64,000 nucleotides of DNA from Tricharina praecox (lineage: Eukaryota), in contig NW_026250416.1 of the NCBI RefSeq assembly GCF_024521635.1, positions 620,001-684,000 on the forward strand. Reading direction: 5' to 3'. Below the pieces are notes generated by a model, which did no database searches, was not told where the DNA came from, and was given only the letters and a program-made list of their open reading frames with translations. Position numbers and translations under genes: made by a program. Every line of letters begins with the position of its first letter. Positions within the stretch are counted from its first letter, which is position 1. Positions 60,037-64,000 of the stretch are shown in pieces.

Positions 60037-62196
60037 CTAAGCATCCTCCTGCTTCCCCTCCTCCTTAACCCTGCCCTGATAACTGCTCTCGGGCAGCATA
60101 TTGAGCTGATCCTCCTCCTTATCCAGCCCACTATTCTGCAGCCAGAAGATAATCCCCGCGACGAACGAGAGCACCGCGACAATGCCATAGTTCCAGACCA
60201 GTAAGGGATCCTCAGCGAGTGCCACAAGCGCCTGTCCGAGCGCGGACGAGATCGCCTGCATGAATAGAAACACGGCAGTAACGAGGGAGCGCATATTCCT
60301 CGGAGCCTTAGTGAAGGCATACTCGAGCCCGGTAATCGACGCGAAGATCTCCGAGAACGCGATGAAGCAGTAAGCGCCAGCCTGCACCCAGACGTTGATG
60401 GGCGAGACGGTATCGCAAGTGTTGGCGTGCGAGCCGCACGCGTTCGTGCGGTACACGTAGTACTGTGTCACGCACGACCAGATCATCGCGCACGTGCCCA
60501 TCATGAAGCCGAGTGTTATCCGCTTCAGCGGCGTGAATTGGAGCTTGTGCTTCCGCAGCGCGGGGTAGATCAGTTGGTCGCAGATTGGGATGAAGATTAC
60601 GAGCGAGAGGGGGTTGAGGTTCGAGAGGATGTCGTTGGGGATCCCGTGTAGCTCCATCGTTGCCGCTTGAGAGGTCAGGTTGTTCGTCATTTGGTTGTAG
60701 GCCAGCCCTGCGGTCTGTTAGGTTTCCACTCTTTTTTTATGCCATTGGAGGGGGGTGGGGGGGGGGGGGAGGACGTTGCTGTCAACTTACAGTATATCGG
60801 GTACCACAGGAAGACCTTGCAAGCCAACAGCCCTCTACGGACCTCGTCAACCCACTCATCGTCGAAAGTCATCCAGACCGGCCGCTGCGAAGACTCGAGG
60901 TTGCTAGGCTTGACTCTCTCCCAGAAATCATTCGCGTGCATGTTGCGGTAGCTACGATGCATTAGTTTCTTCCCCTTCCCCTACACTGTTCGAATTGCTT
61001 CTCAAACGTACGTTCTAACGGGGTTGATGGACCACCGGCCCTTCATCGCCAACTTCCAGACCTTCATGGCCTTGGCTGTGACGTTGCCGGTCGGCGGGCT
61101 GCGCTCGTACTTGTTGCGGCAGATCCACATGATCATCGGGCAGAACAGGAAGAGAACGGTCGGGAGAGTGTACGAGAGCCAGAAGCCAACATACTTCTCA
61201 GCGTCTGCACGTTGGGACGCTGTATCAGCACATGTTTCCCCGGAACCACTGGCGGCGAACAACGGAGGGGATACTCACAGACCATGACGACGGATCCGAG
61301 CAAGGAGCCGACATTGATCATCATGTAGAAGTACATGTAGATGCGCGAGACGGTGAAGGTAGGATCCTCGATGACCCGCTCTCCGGTGGGGAGGGTTTTC
61401 ACGGTCAGGGTCACCTGCTTGTACTGCTCGGCGATCAGGGGCGAGATGTTGGACTTGAAACCGCCGACTCCGATACCCATGATCACCAAGCCGATGGCGA
61501 AGCAGGCAATGGCACCGTCCGGGTGCACGATGACTGGAGGGATCGCCGAGAGGATCAGAATGATGTGGCCGACGATGGCGACTCCGATCGCCACCATGAT
61601 GGTCTTGTATCGGCCCCAGTACTCATCAGCCATGTAGGCTCCGAGCAATGGCATCAGGTACGCCCAGAAGTTGTTGACTGAACACATGCCGTTAGGTCAC
61701 AGCACACACACTGCTGTCCGGCGCAGATAGGTACTCACATGTCGTCAAGCCGGTAGAGGCGCGCTGGCCCATTCCCAGAGCGCCCGATTGGCCCGAGAAG
61801 CCAGCTCCCGTGACGGATCCCTCGGGCATATCCTGCTGGATGAAGTTGACGACTGCATATCTGTCAGCACCATACTGCAACTATTCCCATCTCCACCGAG
61901 ACTTCAGGGCATTCCATACACACGGCGGTAGTTCCATAGTACGAGAACCTCTCGCACAGCTCGACGATGGCGATGGTATACGCCGTCCACGGCACCTGTC
62001 CGGAGACTCGTCGCAGGCTGTGGAGTTCGTCTTCGGTGGGGTGTCCGCCATCAGCCGTCGCCTCGGCATATACCGGCAGGCCGTGGGAGCCCTTCTCGCT
62101 GGAAAAGTGTTCCAACCCCGCCTTCTCCTCCTCCACCGGCAGCACGGGCTGGTGCGCTTTGGCGACCTCGACGGCCTCGAGGGTGCCGCTATTCAT
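60037..62196 (-). CDS. PTR2: Proton-dependent oligopeptide transporter (POT/PTR family), multi-exon
   Basis: ExxERF signature IVELCERFSYYG; GALGMGQRASTGL; GAYMADEYWGRYKTI; GVGGFKSNISPLIAEQ; FYMMINVGS; SEIFASITGLEYAFTKAP. Confidence 0.95.
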
Positions 62197-64000
62197 GGTT
62201 CGATGTGTGGGGGGGGGGGTGCACGCTTGACGACGGAGTGTCGAGGGTTCGGGTTCGGACGAGCAGCAACTGACGATGATGACGAGGGGAAAGAACAATC
62301 CGGGGAACGGGGACGGCAGAGAGGGAGGGAGGCCTGGTCTTTTTACACAACACAGGTGAGGTACGTCTTCGCTCGCTGCTGTGTTCCGGCTCGCGCTCCA
62401 TGGCATGCCCGCCGGCCTCGATCCGTGGCGGAGGGTAATTTACCGTATGCACATTGCACAAAGGTAACTGATTGCTGGGTGCGCGCAACTGTGCCCAAGA
62501 ACAGCAGGTGCAGTGCAGCGTCCGTCGCCGCCACCCGCCCTCGACTGTCCGCCCTCCCTCCCACTGCGCGCTTCCTTCCGCCTGGGGGCCGAGAAGGCAT
62601 TCTGTTTCCCACAGCAGCAGCCATCAGCCTATCGGAGCGTGCCAGTCACCCTTGCTCGCAGGAAACGGAGCCTACCCAGTCTTCCTCGACATGTCCTGAC
62701 TCCTGGGGCGGGAACCGCAAAAGCCAAGTGTGCGCGCGAATGCTTGTCTCTGCTCTAACGGCCACTATCACCACCACCACCACCACAACGGAAGGGGAAT
62801 GTCGGCCCTGCCTACTGTGCTCTGCTCCAGTCCACTCCACTCGGTCCTAGTTCCCAGTCAGTCCGTTATCGTGGCCGTGTGGAGCGTGATAACCCTGCAA
62901 GACCAAGCCGACGATAGCATGCGTTACATACTTCACTCAAACACCAGCACCATCCGTGCTGGAGGCGGCCGGCGACGAAGAGACCTCACACGACAGACAG
63001 CTCTGTACTTACCCTGGTCGGCTGATAGATACCGGTAACTAACGAACTAGCCTAGTCCCACTCCGATACGCTACCACAGTAGAGTTCCATGCTGACATTG
63101 CACCGTTGCCAAGCTTCCACAGAAGTCGACCGTCTCAATGTGATGCACGATCTGCAACACCGATAATCCCCGAAATCCCGAAACTCTTTTCTCACCACCC
63201 CACCATCGCACACGCCACATACTGCCATACACACACATGGGGCAGGGTGTCAATCTTGGTAGGGAGAGGGGGAGGGAGAGGGGGAGGAAGAGGATGAGCG
63301 TCGAGGAGGGAGATGAGGGGCCAGCGAGGGGGGGAAGTCGAGGAGACGACGAGGGAAACACGAGGGGGAAGGAATACTCGATCACCTTCCCCTTCCCACC
63401 TTCCGCGTTCAACCGCTTCGCAGGCATGGTTGGGCCGTACCTTCCCTCCATCTGCACGTGCAGCGTGCTGACCGCCCTCAAGACTCCACTGTCCAGAGTT
63501 GAGTTGCGTTTCCAGATCTTTCTCACAGGGATCACATTCACTCCACACCGCACGGCGCACGCCGGCGAGTTGCAGAGCCCTCTCAGTGTCGGACGGCTCC
63601 GATCTCGTCCTCCGCACCCCAGAACCATCCATCTACCGTCTGTTTCCGTAACCGCCTTCTGCCCTGGACCCTGGTTGGCCCACTAACCATGGGTGCCGTC
63701 GCGATTGCAAATTCTACATACCACCTATGCGGCGGTGGAAGGGTGATGAAATCATTCCGCTGCGCGCGCTGTGCGACCGCTCGGGTGGCCAATGCTGACT
63801 CTCGACACTCGTGGGCCATGTCTGCGGCGCGCATCATAGCATGTGGTCCGCGACACGCGACCAGCGTTCGTTCGCTCCTTTCCTTCTGCCTGTCCGGCTG
63901 GCTCTCGCAATTCGCCTGGGCCCCCCTGGGAAGAAATAGCAGGATTACCCCAACTTCCCGCGCGCCAATCACGGGCGGGGCTTTACTGAATATCAGCAGA

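Noticed and set aside
61810-62850. 346-aa + strand ORF and other long antisense ORFs over GC-rich genes
   Set aside because: Overlaps PTR2 antisense and its promoter, has no recognisable domain, and is a typical GC-rich shadow ORF.

Overview
Eukaryotic DNA from a filamentous ascomycete. The short GT-AG introns with CTRAC branch points and the gene families point to Pezizomycotina; Pezizomycetes is a guess. About 13 intact protein genes are present: GH13 alpha-amylase, a disordered protein with an RVxF motif, a small secreted 6-Cys peptide, cutinase, a Pth11-like membrane protein, a MOSC protein, a Zn2Cys6 transcription factor, GST, a BVMO-type monooxygenase, an NSUN3/4-like m5C methyltransferase, a P450, a GPI-anchored cell-wall protein and a PTR2 transporter. 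There are two pseudogenes (DUF3433-like and SNF2/ATRX-like) and three near-identical intron-containing tRNA-Leu(CAA) genes. Small mobile elements include a PIF/Harbinger-type MITE, TA-flanked TIR elements (one nested inside another) and four copies of a short retroposon 3' end. The most notable observations are a Kex2-processed knottin-like peptide whose cysteine framework resembles the plant insecticidal peptide PA1b, and an NSUN3/4-type methyltransferase lying tail-to-tail with an intron-containing tRNA-Leu(CAA). Most short ORFs in the track are spurious. All family assignments come from motif recognition, not database searches.
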